A stretch of 63,247 bases of DNA, the filler included, from Octopus bimaculoides (taxonomy: Eukaryota), in the NCBI RefSeq assembly GCF_001194135.2. It is 5 parts of 5 records of this genome, joined end to end, with 100 filler letters (N's around TTAATTAATTAA, not from the genome) between each part and the next. Parts side by side here need not be neighbours in the genome. Positions count along the whole stretch, not along the records: positions 1 to 16,371 come from NC_068985.1; 4 more parts are not named here. One strand, given 5' to 3'. Below the pieces are notes generated by a model. The model was not told the DNA's origin. It did no database searches and saw only the letters and a program-made list of their open reading frames with translations. Numbering within the stretch: the stretch's first letter is position 1; each line of letters begins with the position of its first letter. The position numbers and the translations under genes are program-made. Below are positions 1 to 12,151 of this stretch, piece after piece.

Positions 1-185
1 GTGTGTGCATATGTGTGTGTGTGCGTGCATGCGTGTGTGTGCGTGTGCGTGTGTGTCTGTGTGCATGTGTGCGTACAATATATATAAATATATATATGTA
101 TGTACGTATGTACGTATGTACGTATGTACGTACGTATGTATGTATGTATGTATGTATGTATGTATGTATGTATGTATGTATGTAT

Positions 186-1100
186 ACACCTACATATTCA
201 TTCAGCCATCTTCTCCGCCCACATTTCCTGGGAGGTGCGAGAGTGTAGGGTCCTCAGGCACCTCCTCCATAGGGTCCTATGAGAAGCAACTGTTACTCGA
301 TTTTCCGCCTGATTTCCCAAGCATGACCAACTGAGACTTTGGATATATCCAGCCATCTCTTTCTTCGTCTCTTCCTGGGTCTCCTGCCGATTGGTTCCGA
401 TTGAATCTGACTTTCCATTCTCTCCTATGACATTCTAATATTACTGGAACTGTAAGGCAGCGAGCTGGCTGAAACGTTAGCACGTTGGGCGAAATGCTTA
501 GCGGTATTTCGTCTATCTTTACGTTCAAATTCCGCCGAGGTCGACTTTGCCTTTCATCCTTTTGGGGGTCGATAAATTAAGTACCAGTTGCACACTGGGA
601 TTGATCTAATCGACTGACCCCCTCCTCCAAAATTTTAGGTCCTGTGCCTAGAGTAGAAAAGAATATTACTGGAACTGTGACCCCTCAGTGCGTCTCGACC
701 TGGAGCGACTCCCTAATCTCCGAGTTACGCACCTTGCCGAGTAACGTTACTGCAGAGAACCTTCGCAGGATAGCCATTTGGGCCACATGTATTCAAGATC
801 GTACTCTTTCAGTCATTGGCCAACATTTGTGACAACAGATGAGGATAGGTATCAAAACTGAATTGAAGATAGCGATTTAGGCCACCCACCCAATCTCTTC
901 TCTTCTAAGGACTGAAAACAAGATGGAGAATTACTGTGTCATTACCTGCAACGCCAGCATCCTATCCAGCATCCTGCTTTTCATCATTTGTGAATGCGGC
1001 CCCGAGATCCTTAAATCTTCCCAGATTTGTCTCAGTGATGTTCCCCCCGCCCACCAAAGTATGGAGCGCAAGTGTAATTTCAATAAAGAACAAAATAAGA
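186..1100 (-). mobile_element. Degenerate RTE-clade (Rex3/Expander-like) LINE, 3' part, interrupted by a SINE
   Basis: Minus-strand frames give FKDLGAAFTNDEKQD, LAIFNSVLIPILICCHKCWPMTERVRS, QMAILRRFSAVTLLGKVRNSEIRESLQVE and GRRPRKRRRKRWLD. These match RT C-terminal motifs of Rex3-type RTE elements. The element ends at a (TACA)n tract. Confidence 0.75.
454..661 (+). mobile_element. tRNA-derived SINE, family A (tail type 1), with 17-bp TSD
   Basis: Body ...GTTCAAATTCCGCCGAGGTCGACTTTGCCTTTCATCC... recurs about 17 times in the window. TSD AATATTACTGGAACTGT at 437-453 and 662-678. Confidence 0.9.
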
Positions 1101-1158
1101 ATTTTNNNNNNNNNNATTGTCCGAGTACATTTGTGTACGGGCGTATGTGTATGTCTGT

Positions 1159-1456
1159 GTGTGTGCATATGTGTGTGTGTGCGTGCATGCGTGTGTGCGT
1201 GTGCGTGTGTGTCTGTGTGCATGTGTGCGTATATTATATATAAATATATATATGTATGTACGTATGTACGTATGTACGTATGTACGTACGTATGTATGTA
1301 TGTATGTATGTATGTATGTATGTATGTATGTATACACCTACATATTCATTCAGCCATCTTCTCCGCCCACATTTCCTGGGAGGTGCGAGAGTGTAGGGTC
1401 CTCAGGCACCTCCTCCATAGGGTCCTATGAGAAGCAACTGTTACTCGATTTTCCGC
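1159..1456 (+). repeat. Near-identical duplicate of 1-308 (microsatellites plus LINE 3' end)
   Basis: Sequence matches 1-308 up to TTTTCCGC and then diverges; it lies just after a 10-N gap. Confidence 0.85.
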
Positions 1457-1890
1457 AAAAGCGGTATTATTGTATGGGGCTGAGACATGGCGAACAACAG
1501 TTAAGTCAAATCAGCAAATACAGTCATTCATCAACAGGTGCTTGCGTAGCATACTTTAAATCAGATGATCCGAACACATAAGCAATATGGAGCTACGGCA
1601 AAGAACGAATCAAGTTTCGATTAGGGAGCAAATATTTAAGAAAAAGTGGAAGTGGATTGGTAGAACAATTAAAAAGGACACACCAAATGTAGCGAAAAGT
1701 GCTTTACAGTGGAATCTGGTTGGATATAGAAAGAGGGGTAGGCCTAAAAACTCGTGGTGTAGATCAACACAAAAGGAACTAGAGAAAGGGGGACATTCAT
1801 AGCAGAGTATAAGTACAGAAGCGAAAAATTATGCGACATGGAATTCAATTATAAGTGGCCTATACTCCGCGTTGGAGGGTTAAAGGCAAG
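1457..1890 (+). mobile_element. 5'-truncated RTE-clade LINE fragment (RT C-terminus and 3' end)
   Basis: Translation KAVLLYGAETWRTT...FINRCLRSIL...MELRQRTNQ...KWKWIGRT...ALQWNLVGYRKRGRPKNSW, with stops. Confidence 0.85.
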
Positions 1891-1894
1891 AAAG

Positions 1895-2260
1895 AAAGAT
1901 GTTCTCCCAACATGCTGAGTACACTGGGAAGATTTTGAGACGACAAATGTCTCAATCTTCGTAAGATTAATTCATATCCCTGCCTTGTGGTACTCGGCAG
2001 GGAACCCACTGAATAAAAACTGGAGCCCAACTTCTCATTTTGGATCGACTATCATCCTCTCAATGTCCTTATTACTTTTGAGCGCTGTATTTGCTTCTGT
2101 CGTTTCAGCCTCACTGTGGTTAGTCTTCGCCTTTAAGTGCCCCACGCTTCTATCAGAAGAGTTTATTGTGATTGGATTTCGGAAATAAGCAAAGCATTCT
2201 CCCAATAATGCTCTCCTTTGTAAGCCGAGTTCTTAATAGCAGGGGTGGGGAGCGGGCCTC
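1895..2260 (-). mobile_element. Degenerate LINE RT fragment (RTE/Rex3-like)
   Basis: Minus frame FPAEYHKAGI*INLTKIETFV resembles the FAAECEAAGMRISTSKSEAMV motif. Confidence 0.45.
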
Positions 2261-2280
2261 TTGTCACGAAGTTGGTGGAT

Positions 2281-2281
2281 G

Positions 2282-2323
<42 letters not shown>

Positions 2324-2407
2324 TCTTGTTGTTGCTACTACTACTGCTACTCCGGCTTTAGCTGTTGTTATGCCTACTATTATTGCTGCTGTTGCTGATT
2401 CTATTGT

Positions 2408-2452
<45 letters not shown>

Positions 2453-3220
2453 CACAACCACCGCCACTACTACCACTATTACCACCACCACCACCACCAC
2501 CATCACTACTTCTATTACTACCACCAAAACTACCACTACCNNNNNNNNNNNNNNNNNNNNNNNNNNNNNNNNNNNNNNNNNNNNNNNNNNNNNNNNNNNN
2601 NNNNNNNNNNNNNNNNNNNNNNNNNNNNNNNNNNNNNNNNNNNNNNNNNNNNNNNNNNNNNNNNNNNNNNNNNNNNNNNNNNNNNNNNNNNNNNNNNNNN
2701 NNNNNNNNNNNNNNNNNNNNNNNNNNNNNNNNNNNNNNNNNNNNNNNNNNNNNNNNNNNNNNNNNTACTACTACTACTACTACTACCACAACCACCGCCA
2801 CTACTACCACTATTACCACCACCACCACCACCACCAACACCACTACCACCGCCGCCGCCGCCGCTATAACAGAAGTAGCCTTTATTTTGTTATTATTGAC
2901 AACTGCTGTTGTGGTTCATATTGTTACACCTACTGCTGCTGCTGCCGCTGTGTATATCCTTGTTACCGTTATAGCTACTGCTGCTGCTGCTATTGTTGTT
3001 GTTGTTGTTGTTGCTGTTGTAGTTGTTGCTGTTGTTGTTTTGATTGATGACAAATAACACTTATCATTTTACCTGATTCTGTTAACAGTACTCAATCAAC
3101 AGCGGAGATTTAGCAGGTAATTGATCATTTCAATAGCGGCAACAGCAGAAACAACAACAAGACCACCACCACCACCACCACTACGAACAACAACAACAAC
3201 AACAACAACAAACACACGAC
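2281..3220. repeat. Compound simple repeats: (GTCT)n, (CTA)n, (CAC)n, (GTT)n, (CAA)n around a gap
   Basis: Direct reading. Confidence 0.95.
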
Positions 3221-3289
3221 GTAGACACACCTAAAGGGTTGCTCATATTTACCGGAACCGTGAGTGCTTGCACATACATACACCCATAC

Positions 3290-3502
3290 ATTTATATATA
3301 TATATATATATATATATGTGTATATATGCATAGGCAAAAGGCCTTTTTAAAAGGATGGACAAAGACAGAGGGAAAGGGTGAGCGTGTGAATGTGTGTGCG
3401 TGTGCGTGTGTGTGTATATGAGGGCATATGCACAGGCACACGCACGCACGCACACATGCACGCTCACACACGCACGCACACACATAAATACATATATATA
3501 GA

Positions 3503-3547
<45 letters not shown>

Positions 3548-3800
3548 TAGAAACCAAATGTGAATATATAGAAAACATATATACATAAACTGAGACACAC
3601 ACACTCACACACGCACATGCAGACACACACACATGCAGACACACACACATGCAGACACACACACATGCAGACACACACACACATGCAGACACACACACAT
3701 GCAGACACACACACACATGCAGACACACACACACATGCAGACACACACACATGCAGACACACACACATGCAGACACACACACGCATACATGTAGAATACA
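3290..3800. repeat. (TA)n plus GCAGACACACACACAT-type 14-18 bp minisatellite
   Basis: Direct reading; units at about 3615-3790. Confidence 0.9.
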
Positions 3801-4003
3801 CGCGCACGCGGACATACATGTTTGGTAGAGCAAACGAAAGTGAAAGAAAGAGGACACAATACATATATTCAAGTTTATTTATTCGTTCGAAACCGATCAA
3901 TCATTAAACCATCAGCTTCGACCAAATACACACACCACACACATACATACATATAATCATAAATATACATACTCACACTTGCTCGTCGATACCACCACCA
4001 CCA

Positions 4004-4046
<43 letters not shown>

Positions 4047-4609
4047 TATGCATATGTTTCTATACATACGCGTACATTCATAAACCAAAAAAAAGTTCTT
4101 AACATGGTGTTGCTGTTTATTTGGCACCAAAATCATGTCACTGTTGTACTCCTGTTTTTGCATTTGTTACAAGATGTGCTGCTCTGGAGTACCGTGGAAT
4201 CGAACCAGCTTCACAGTCGAAGGTGAGACTTAACAAGTGTTGTTTTTTTGTTTTTTTTATCCCCCGCTATATATTTGACCCTGCTATCTTATTCCTTTAC
4301 GTTGCTCCTTCCTCGTCAAGATACTGTAAAGATAGACCGGATTATTTCTCTTAGATTTTTTTGTTTATTCATTCATTTATTTTGCTCATGTAAAACGTTA
4401 TATCATTTCATAATATGGACATTATACAATAAGGTGGGTTATATGGCAGCGATATAATAGCGTTGATGAATAATCCCCCTCTTTGTATATTGTCGGACAT
4501 ACTGTGCTCTGCGTCGGGACTCTAGAAGGATCAAGTTTGGAATATCTTGGAGGTTGACAGAGAAATAACTATTCAAGAACTAGTGTAGATTTTCCATCCT
4601 TTCTATCTG

Positions 4610-4623
4610 TATGTCTGCATGAA

Positions 4624-4706
<83 letters not shown>

Positions 4707-4990
4707 ATGCTAGTCTGTCTTTCTCTCTCTCTTTCTTTCTCCATCTGCCTTTCTTTCCATCTGTCTGTCTTTCTTCTGTCTCTGTCTCTGTCTCTCTCTG
4801 CCTTTCTGTCTCTCACTCTCTCTTCCTTCTCTGTCTCTGTTGCTGTCTGTCTGTCTCTTACTCTCTCCTCTTTCTCTGTCTGTGTGTCTGTCTGTCTGTG
4901 TGTCTGTCTGTCTGTGTGTCTGTCTGTCTGTGTGTCTGTCTGTCTGTGTGTCTGTGTGTCTGTGTGTCTGTCTGTCTGTCTCTCTCTCTC
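4610..4990. repeat. (GTCT)n / (CT)n microsatellite block
   Basis: Direct reading. Confidence 0.95.
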
Positions 4991-5019
4991 ACTTTAATTA
5001 AAAAAAAACACGATGACCT

Positions 5020-5240
5020 GTGGCCTATTGAATAGGATGCTGCACTCACGATCTTTGGATTTGATTCCTGGATCGAGTAGTGCATTACGCTCTTGAACAA
5101 AACACTCCATTTCGCCTTCCCTCACTCCACTCAGCTGCAAATGTGTGTAACTCTGCAACAGACTAGCGTTTCGCTCAGCAGGAATGGTGTCATCCGGTCA
5201 CTTATACGCCACGAAACCCGGGTAACCGTCCCTATGAATA
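5020..5240 (+). mobile_element. Degenerate tRNA-head SINE with CORE-like TTGAACAAAACACT domain (family E)
   Basis: tRNA-like head GTGGCCTA...GATTCC, then CTTGAACAAAACACT...CCACTCAGCTG; a related copy lies at 15440-15715. Confidence 0.6.
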
Positions 5241-5419
5241 CAAGGATTCGAAACAGCTCTTACTTACACCGGAAGTTTAAAAAAATACAACTCACGCCTA
5301 AAGCTATTGCTAACAGCACAAACACCTAACATGGGTCAACGGAGGGTTTAGAGAAATGATAGGTGTTCGTTGATAGGAACGAGGCACAAGTTACCCAAAA
5401 TGTTAATAACGAAAATTAT

Positions 5420-6418
5420 TTCTAATTTAGACACAAGGTCATCGGGAGGGTTAATTAACTCAAGACCAGTACTTAAATGACGCTTTGTTTTATCGACCCC
5501 CGGAGAAATAACAGGCAAATTTAGCCTCGACGGGATTTCAACTAAAAAGCCGGAACAAATTCCTTAGCACAAATTTTGTTCGACGCTCTTACAAATTCGC
5601 CAACCCACCACCGTGTCTTTGGTTTTAATTTAGGTACANNNNNNNNNNNNNNNNNNNNNNNNNNNNNNNNNNNNNNNNNNNNNNNNNNNNNNNNNNNNNN
5701 NNNNNNNNNNNNNNNNNNNNNNNNNNNNNNNNNNNNNNNNNNNNNNNNNNNNNNNNNNNNNNNNNNNNNNNNNNNNNNNNNNNNNNNNNNNNNNNNNNNN
5801 NNNNNNGGGAGGAGGCCAGTCGATTAGATCGACCCCAGTACACAACTGGTACTTAATTTATCGACCCCGAAAGGATGAAAGGCAAAGTTGACCGCGGCAG
5901 AATTTGAACTCAGAACGTAAAGACAGACGAAATACCGCTAAACAGTTCGCCCGGCGTGCTAACGTTTCTTATTTCTTTATTGCCCACAAGGAGCTAAACA
6001 TAGAGGGGACAAACAAGGACAGACAAGGGGATTAAGTCGATTACATCGACCCCAGTGCGTAACTGGTACTTATTTAATCGAGCCCAAAAGGATGAAAGGC
6101 AAAGTCGACCTCAGCGGAATTTGAACTCAGAACGTAACGGCAGACGAAATACCGCAAAGCATTTCGCCAGGCGTTTCTGCCAGCTCGCCGCCTTAATCGC
6201 AGAAAGATCTGAACACAAAGTGTAAAGAACCAGAACAAGTATTCCTTTCTGCTCTAGGCATGAGGTCTGAAACTTTTGGGGGAGGGGGCCAGTCGATTTT
6301 ATCGATTCCAGTGCCTGACTGGTACTTATTTTATCAACCCTGAAAAGATGAAAGGCAAAGTCGTCACCCGCGGAATTTGAACATTGAACATAAAGTCGAA
6401 CGAAATGCTGCGGAAGCA
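5420..6418 (-). mobile_element. Cluster of four family-A SINEs (about 5420-5610, 5808-5968, 5969-6195 with tail type 2, 6240-6418)
   Basis: Reverse complements of the 454-661 body. The 5969 copy appears nested in the head of the 5808 copy. Confidence 0.85.
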
Positions 6419-6809
6419 GGTTGACTGGAGATAAAATAGAGCAGGTAAACAGAATTAGAATAATAAATGGATGGAAGAAATTTTAATATAATTAAGGTAA
6501 GTTTATAGTTAATAAAAGAATGGAATGTTCGTTTATAAGGTATAAATAAAGTTAAGAAAATTTGTACATATGCAAGTACGAACTCACACATATAGACACA
6601 CCATCGTTCAAGTTTTTGATCATGAACGAAATGAATTTTTCAGACATCTTCAGATCTACAACTCGTTTTTCACAAATACTGCGGGACCTGCTTATAGACA
6701 GGTGTGTCACGTACTATTTGCACCTGCTCTTTTGCCCGTCTTCTGTTACAACACACGTGCTTTGAGTACTCTTTCTTTCAATGTAGAATATTTCAGTTGG
6801 ATTATCTGT

Positions 6810-6947
6810 CAGAGCAATCTCCTGCCGGAGCCTCGTGGAGCTTTAGGCGTTTTCACTCAAACACTCACAACGCCCTGTCTGGGAATCGAAACCGCGATCC
6901 TATGACCGCGAGTCCGCTGCTCTAACCACTGGGCCATTGCACCTCCA
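6810..6947 (-). mobile_element. tRNA-derived SINE family C, 5' head
   Basis: Reverse complement reads GCAATGGCCCAGTGGTTAGAGCAGCGGACTCGCGG...GGTTTCGATTCCC (A/B boxes); the same head is at 16472-16570. Confidence 0.8.
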
Positions 6948-7870
6948 CGTTTAATAATGTAAACATGCGCATTTCCACATGTAAAGTTTCGAAACTAGTA
7001 TAAATTACACATGGAAGATTATGGTATATTGTAGTTTTTCATGCAAAAGCTACGTATACATATTCATATAAACCTCTCCATAACGTCTCTCCTTTGATTC
7101 TCCATTTCTGAGGGACGTATTTCTACATCAACAGCATTTATCTTTTTATCAGATTTTCCATGAGTACAACCTCTGCTACCAAATANNNNNNNNNNNNNNN
7201 NNNNNNNNNNNNNNNNNNNNNNNNNNNNNNNNNNNNNNNNNNNNNNNNNNNNNNNNNNNNNNNNNNNNNNNNNNNNNNNNNNNNNNNNNNNNNNNNNNNN
7301 NNNNNNNNNNNNNNNNNNNNNNNNNNNNNNNNNNNNNNNNNNNNNNNNNNNNNNNNNNNNNNNNNNNNNNNNNNNNNNNNNNNNNNNNNNNNNNNNNNNN
7401 NNNNNNNNNNNNNNNNNNNNNNNNNNNNNNNNNNNNNNNNNNNNNNNNNNNNNNNNNNNNNNNNNNNNNNNNNNNNNNNNNNNNNNNNNNNNNNNNNNNN
7501 NNNNNNNNNNNNNNNNNNNNNNNNNNNNNNNNNNNNNNNNNNNNNNNNNNNNNNNNNNNNNNNNNNNNNNNNNNNNNNNNNNNNNNNNNNNNNNNNNNNN
7601 NNNNNNNNNNNNNNNNNNNNNNNNNNNNNNNNNNNNNNNNNNNNNNNNNNNNNNNNNNNNNNNNNNNNNNNNNNNNNNNNNNNNNNNNNNNNNNNNNNNN
7701 NNNNNNNNNNNNNNNNNNNNNNNNNNNNNNNNNNNNNNNNNNNNNNNNNNNNNNNNNNNNNNNNNNNNNNNNNNNNNNNNNNNNNNNNNNNNNNNNNNNN
7801 CGATTATGGTGCTGACACCCTAACCACTAAGCCACGCGCCTCCACGTCACAAAGATATACAAATATATAA

Positions 7871-7917
<47 letters not shown>

Positions 7918-7919
<2 letters not shown>

Positions 7920-8060
7920 CAGGCTTCTTTTAGTTTCCGTCAACAAAATTCATTCACAAGGCTTTGCGAGATCAGGGGCCATAGTAAAATGCACTGTCTC
8001 CAAGGTACCTCGCAGTGGGAATGAACCAGGAACCATGTGGTTGAGAAGCAAACTTCCACG
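7918..8060 (-). mobile_element. SINE family B (CORE-like), 5' half next to (CA)n
   Basis: GGCTTCTTTTAGTTTCCGTC...CAAGGTACCTCGCAGTGGGA...GAACCATGTGGTT matches other B copies. Confidence 0.75.
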
Positions 8061-9069
8061 CTTCCGCCTACAAATAATACAGAAATAAAACTAATAAAAA
8101 CATAATTAAAAATACTAATATTTAATGGAAGTAACAAACGCCTAAAACCGTGAGCATTACCATTCTAGTGACAGCCAGTGCGCGCGCGCGCGTGTGGATA
8201 TAAATATACGGGTGTTGAACAAAGCGTGTGTGGATTAAACACAAAAGGCTTGTGGAATGTTTATATAATTTGATGTCTCTTCGCTTATGTCTTTGTGTCC
8301 CATTTGGTTTGATTAACGAAAAAAGCTCCGTCCATTTATTTCTTGTTTGCAGATATAAGTGAAGTGTGAATGTATGTACAGGTAAGCGTTTATGTACTTA
8401 CGAATATACATATGTATGTATGTATTATTTATGTGTGTGTGTATGTATGTGTGCGTAAGTATGTATATATATATATATATATGCATATAAATGATAAGGG
8501 TGGCTTATGCGCAATTTTGTGTATGTATGTGCGTGTGTGTGTATGTATATATATATATATATATACATAAGGTGAGCACAGGTGTGTACGTACGCCGCTA
8601 TATGTATATATAAATATAAAAAATGGAACAAAAGCGCAATAGAGGACAATAAAACATTCAGACAGATAGACGATAAAAAGATGGACAGGAGAAACAACAA
8701 TTAGAACAGAGGTAAACAAAAAAAAACAAAAAAAAAATCCTCCTAAATGTTCGGTCACGATAAGGACACAACAGTTCAGTAAACGGGTTCGAAACTTTAC
8801 CGATGATGATCTCTGAAAATCAATGTGGTCTGTTACGAAATAATTTTGGTTGTCGGAGTGGACAAGCAGAACAGTGATGCACAAGGGCATTCGATACAAG
8901 ACGTGTGTGCTGAGGAGAAACCGATTCATGACTGCAGAGACACAAAAACCCTCGCAAATATAGCACTTTGGGGCTTGGCGCTTGTCGACCAAGGCCCAAA
9001 CTCTGACTGAAAATTACAGATGGTTATGCGCAAATTTATCTGACATCTTCAAAGTGATGAAGACTAAAT

Positions 9070-9530
9070 GATGGATTCAGAAGTAGTGAATAACGAAAAT
9101 GATGTCGCCTCACATCTTTCCACAGGATTTTAGAATGCTGTTGAATAAGGTTGAGATGCTGGAGACAGTTGTTAAACCCTGGATGGATGAAGTACGCAAG
9201 GAAAGGCCGTACATATTTCAACAAGAAAACAACTTCTCACAAAGCCCACGCATCCCAAGAACTTATGTCTGACAATCATTGCGATCATGGATCATCAAAC
9301 TTCTGGCCTTCAAACACGCCATATGTAAATCCTATGGACTACTACCTTTGGAGCGTTGTTGCAAGGAAGACTAATCGACATCTTTACAAAACCGTAGCTT
9401 CACTGACAGCTACATTGTCCAGGTGAAGTCCGAGATGTATAAAGACCCTTTATTTGCATACATGTCAACGATTCCTGGCCTGCATTGAAGCAATCATCGA
9501 AACTAACGGCAGATTCATAAATTAATTTTA
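9070..9530 (+). mobile_element. Tc1/mariner DDxD (maT/DD37D-like) transposase remnant
   Basis: Frameshifted motifs MLETVVKPWMDEV..RPYIFQQ, SHKAHASQE..SDN, FWPSNTPYVNPMDYYLWSVV and IEAIIETNG; the third catalytic residue is D (NPMDY). Confidence 0.75.
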
Positions 9531-9724
9531 TAAGAAAGCTTATCAAGAACACACGTACAGATTCTGATTCAAATATATATAGTTTTATTTACTAGATTAG
9601 AGTTGTTTTATTAAATTGTCAAATATATCCTCGAATAAGTCTTACACTTTGTGGGTTCACTCGATGCAGCTATTACTGGACAAATGCTTACTGGACATTC
9701 CTGTACGGAATGATACAAAGTGCA

Positions 9725-9786
<62 letters not shown>

Positions 9787-9997
9787 NNNNNNNNNNNNNN
9801 NNNNNNNNNNNNNNNNNNNNNNNNNNNNNNNNNNNNNNNNNNNNNNNNNNNNNNNNNNNNNNNNNNNNNNNNNNNNNNNNNNNNNNNNNNNNNNNNNNNN
9901 NNNNNNNNNNNNNNNNNNNNNNNNNNNNNNNNNNNNNNNNNNNNNNNNNNNNNNNNNNNNNNNNNNNNNNNNNNNNNNNNNNNNNNNNNNNNNNNNN

Positions 9998-10059
<62 letters not shown>

Positions 10060-10065
<6 letters not shown>

Positions 10066-10258
10066 TCCCCAACATCGCTTGACAACCGATGCTGGTGTGT
10101 TTACGTCCCCGTAACTTAGCAGTTCGGCAAGAGAGACCGATATAATAAGTACTAGGCCTACAAAAGAATAAGTCCTGGGGTCGATTTGCTCCACACTAAA
10201 GGCAGTGCTCCAGCATGGCCACAGTCAAATGACTGAAACCAGTAAAAGAGTAAAGAGA
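10060..10258 (+). mobile_element. SINE family B, 3' half
   Basis: CCCCAACATCGCTTGACAACCGATGCTGG...GCTCCAGCATGGCCACAGTCAAATGACTGAAAC follows a (TA)n(TG)n tract. Confidence 0.85.
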
Positions 10259-11705
10259 ATAAACACATCTCTAAAGAATATACGCAAAAGTAAGTACTAA
10301 TATGTTTCAGAAATATTCTGAGGTATTTGTATGTGAAAGTAGCTGAATGCTAATGTGTACAGATATGCACTCTAAATATTGGTGCACCACATCTGTTACT
10401 TAACATCGATTAAATAAATCAAAATATCTAATTAAATATTTGAACAATGTCATGTAATATTGCATTAATTCTTGAAGTTTGTCAGTTAATAAACCAGCCG
10501 TATCATTGTTAATCGATTATTATTTGTGATTGATATTTTATTTGCAATACTTTGTATATCATAGCTGTGTAAAGTTAATCATTCTTTCGTGGTTGTGCGG
10601 CTATGGCTGTTGTTGTTGTTGTTGCTGTTATTAAGTCCGAAGTCAGACCCGATCAAATAAATTCATGATCAAATGCGTTCCGGCAATGACCAGCCTATCA
10701 TTTTGTAAATTCCAGGAGTACACCCTTTTTTAAAACTGCTGTATGCGATTTGAGAAAATTTAGCTGTTATTTCACACATGGCGAGCGACCTCATAGAGGA
10801 TCCCTCATATATTGCTCCTATGTTGTTGTTGTTGGCACTCCGTCGCTTACGACGTCGAGGGTTCNNNNNNNNNNNNNNNNNNNNNNNNNNNNNNNNNNNN
10901 NNNNNNNNNNNNNNNNNNNNNNNNNNNNNNNNNNNNNNNNNNNNNNNNNNNNNNNNNNNNNNNNATATATATATCACAGGTCCTAGGGCGTCGAATGTTT
11001 CCTCATCAATCATCTAGTGTGGAGAGGATTTCCCGCTTGTTTTGACAAGCAACAAGCTGGTACATTTGGTTTCAAATGTCAGGCAGGGTCAAGTTAGATC
11101 CCTACGTAGGGAACAGCATAGGAAACATTGACTGATTCCGAAACTGATGAAGTGAGAATTGTAAATTATTCAGGTATCTGTTTGCAATTTACAATAGAGA
11201 GGCAGCAAGTATAGTCGTCATTAGAGTGAGTGAAAGTGTTAGTCAGCACTAGCATTGCTAGAAATAAGAGTTAAAACACCTCCTAGCCTCGTGAGAGTAC
11301 ATGTCTAATGTCTGACAAGGGAGACAAGCTCCCTGTAGCAAGCGAGATGAAGTCATATCATTCATAATTTCAGAATTGATTAGCCTTTGTCAATGATCCC
11401 TTACTTTGTCACTGGGGGTTAAAGAACTTAACTCACCTCGTCAGTCTTATAGAGAATAGCATAGAAAACGGTGAATGATTCTGAAAATGATGAAATGAGA
11501 ATTGTAAATTATTCAGGTTGCTGTTCGCAATTTACAATCAAGAGGCAGCAATGTATGGTAGTAGATTACCGTAGAAAGCAAACGCCCATTTCTCTTGTCG
11601 GTCATTAAGATCGGAACTTATCATGGTCACGAATTGATTTGACTCTTATCTATAGCAACACTGGTGCTGACTAGTCACCTTAGTCACTTTGGTAATGTAT
11701 ATAGA

Positions 11706-12000
11706 TTCTTTTATTCTACTTGTCTCAGTTATTTGATTGTGGCCTTTAGTCGAACAAATCGACCCCACGACTTATTCTTTTGCTGAACTACTGAACCGTA
11801 AATACAAAAACCTAAATGCACACACACACACACATGACGGGCTTCTTTCAGTTTCCGTCTACCAAATCCACTTCATAAGGCTTTGGTCGGCTCAAGACTA
11901 CAGTAGAAGACACTTGCCCAAGGTGCCACGCAGTGGGACAGAATCCGGAACCATGTGATTGGGAAGCAAGCTTCTTACCACACAGCCAGTCCTGTGCCTA
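11706..12000 (-). mobile_element. SINE family B, internally deleted, with internal (CA)n
   Basis: Head reverse complement GGCACAGGACTGGCTGTGTGGTAAG...GGCACCTTGGGCAAGTGTCTT. Confidence 0.85.
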
Positions 12001-12015
12001 TAGATAGATAGATAA

Positions 12016-12083
<68 letters not shown>

Positions 12084-12084
12084 C

Positions 12085-12150
<66 letters not shown>
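12001..12150. repeat. (GATA)n tetranucleotide array
   Basis: Direct reading. Confidence 0.98.
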
Positions 12151-12151
<1 letters not shown>

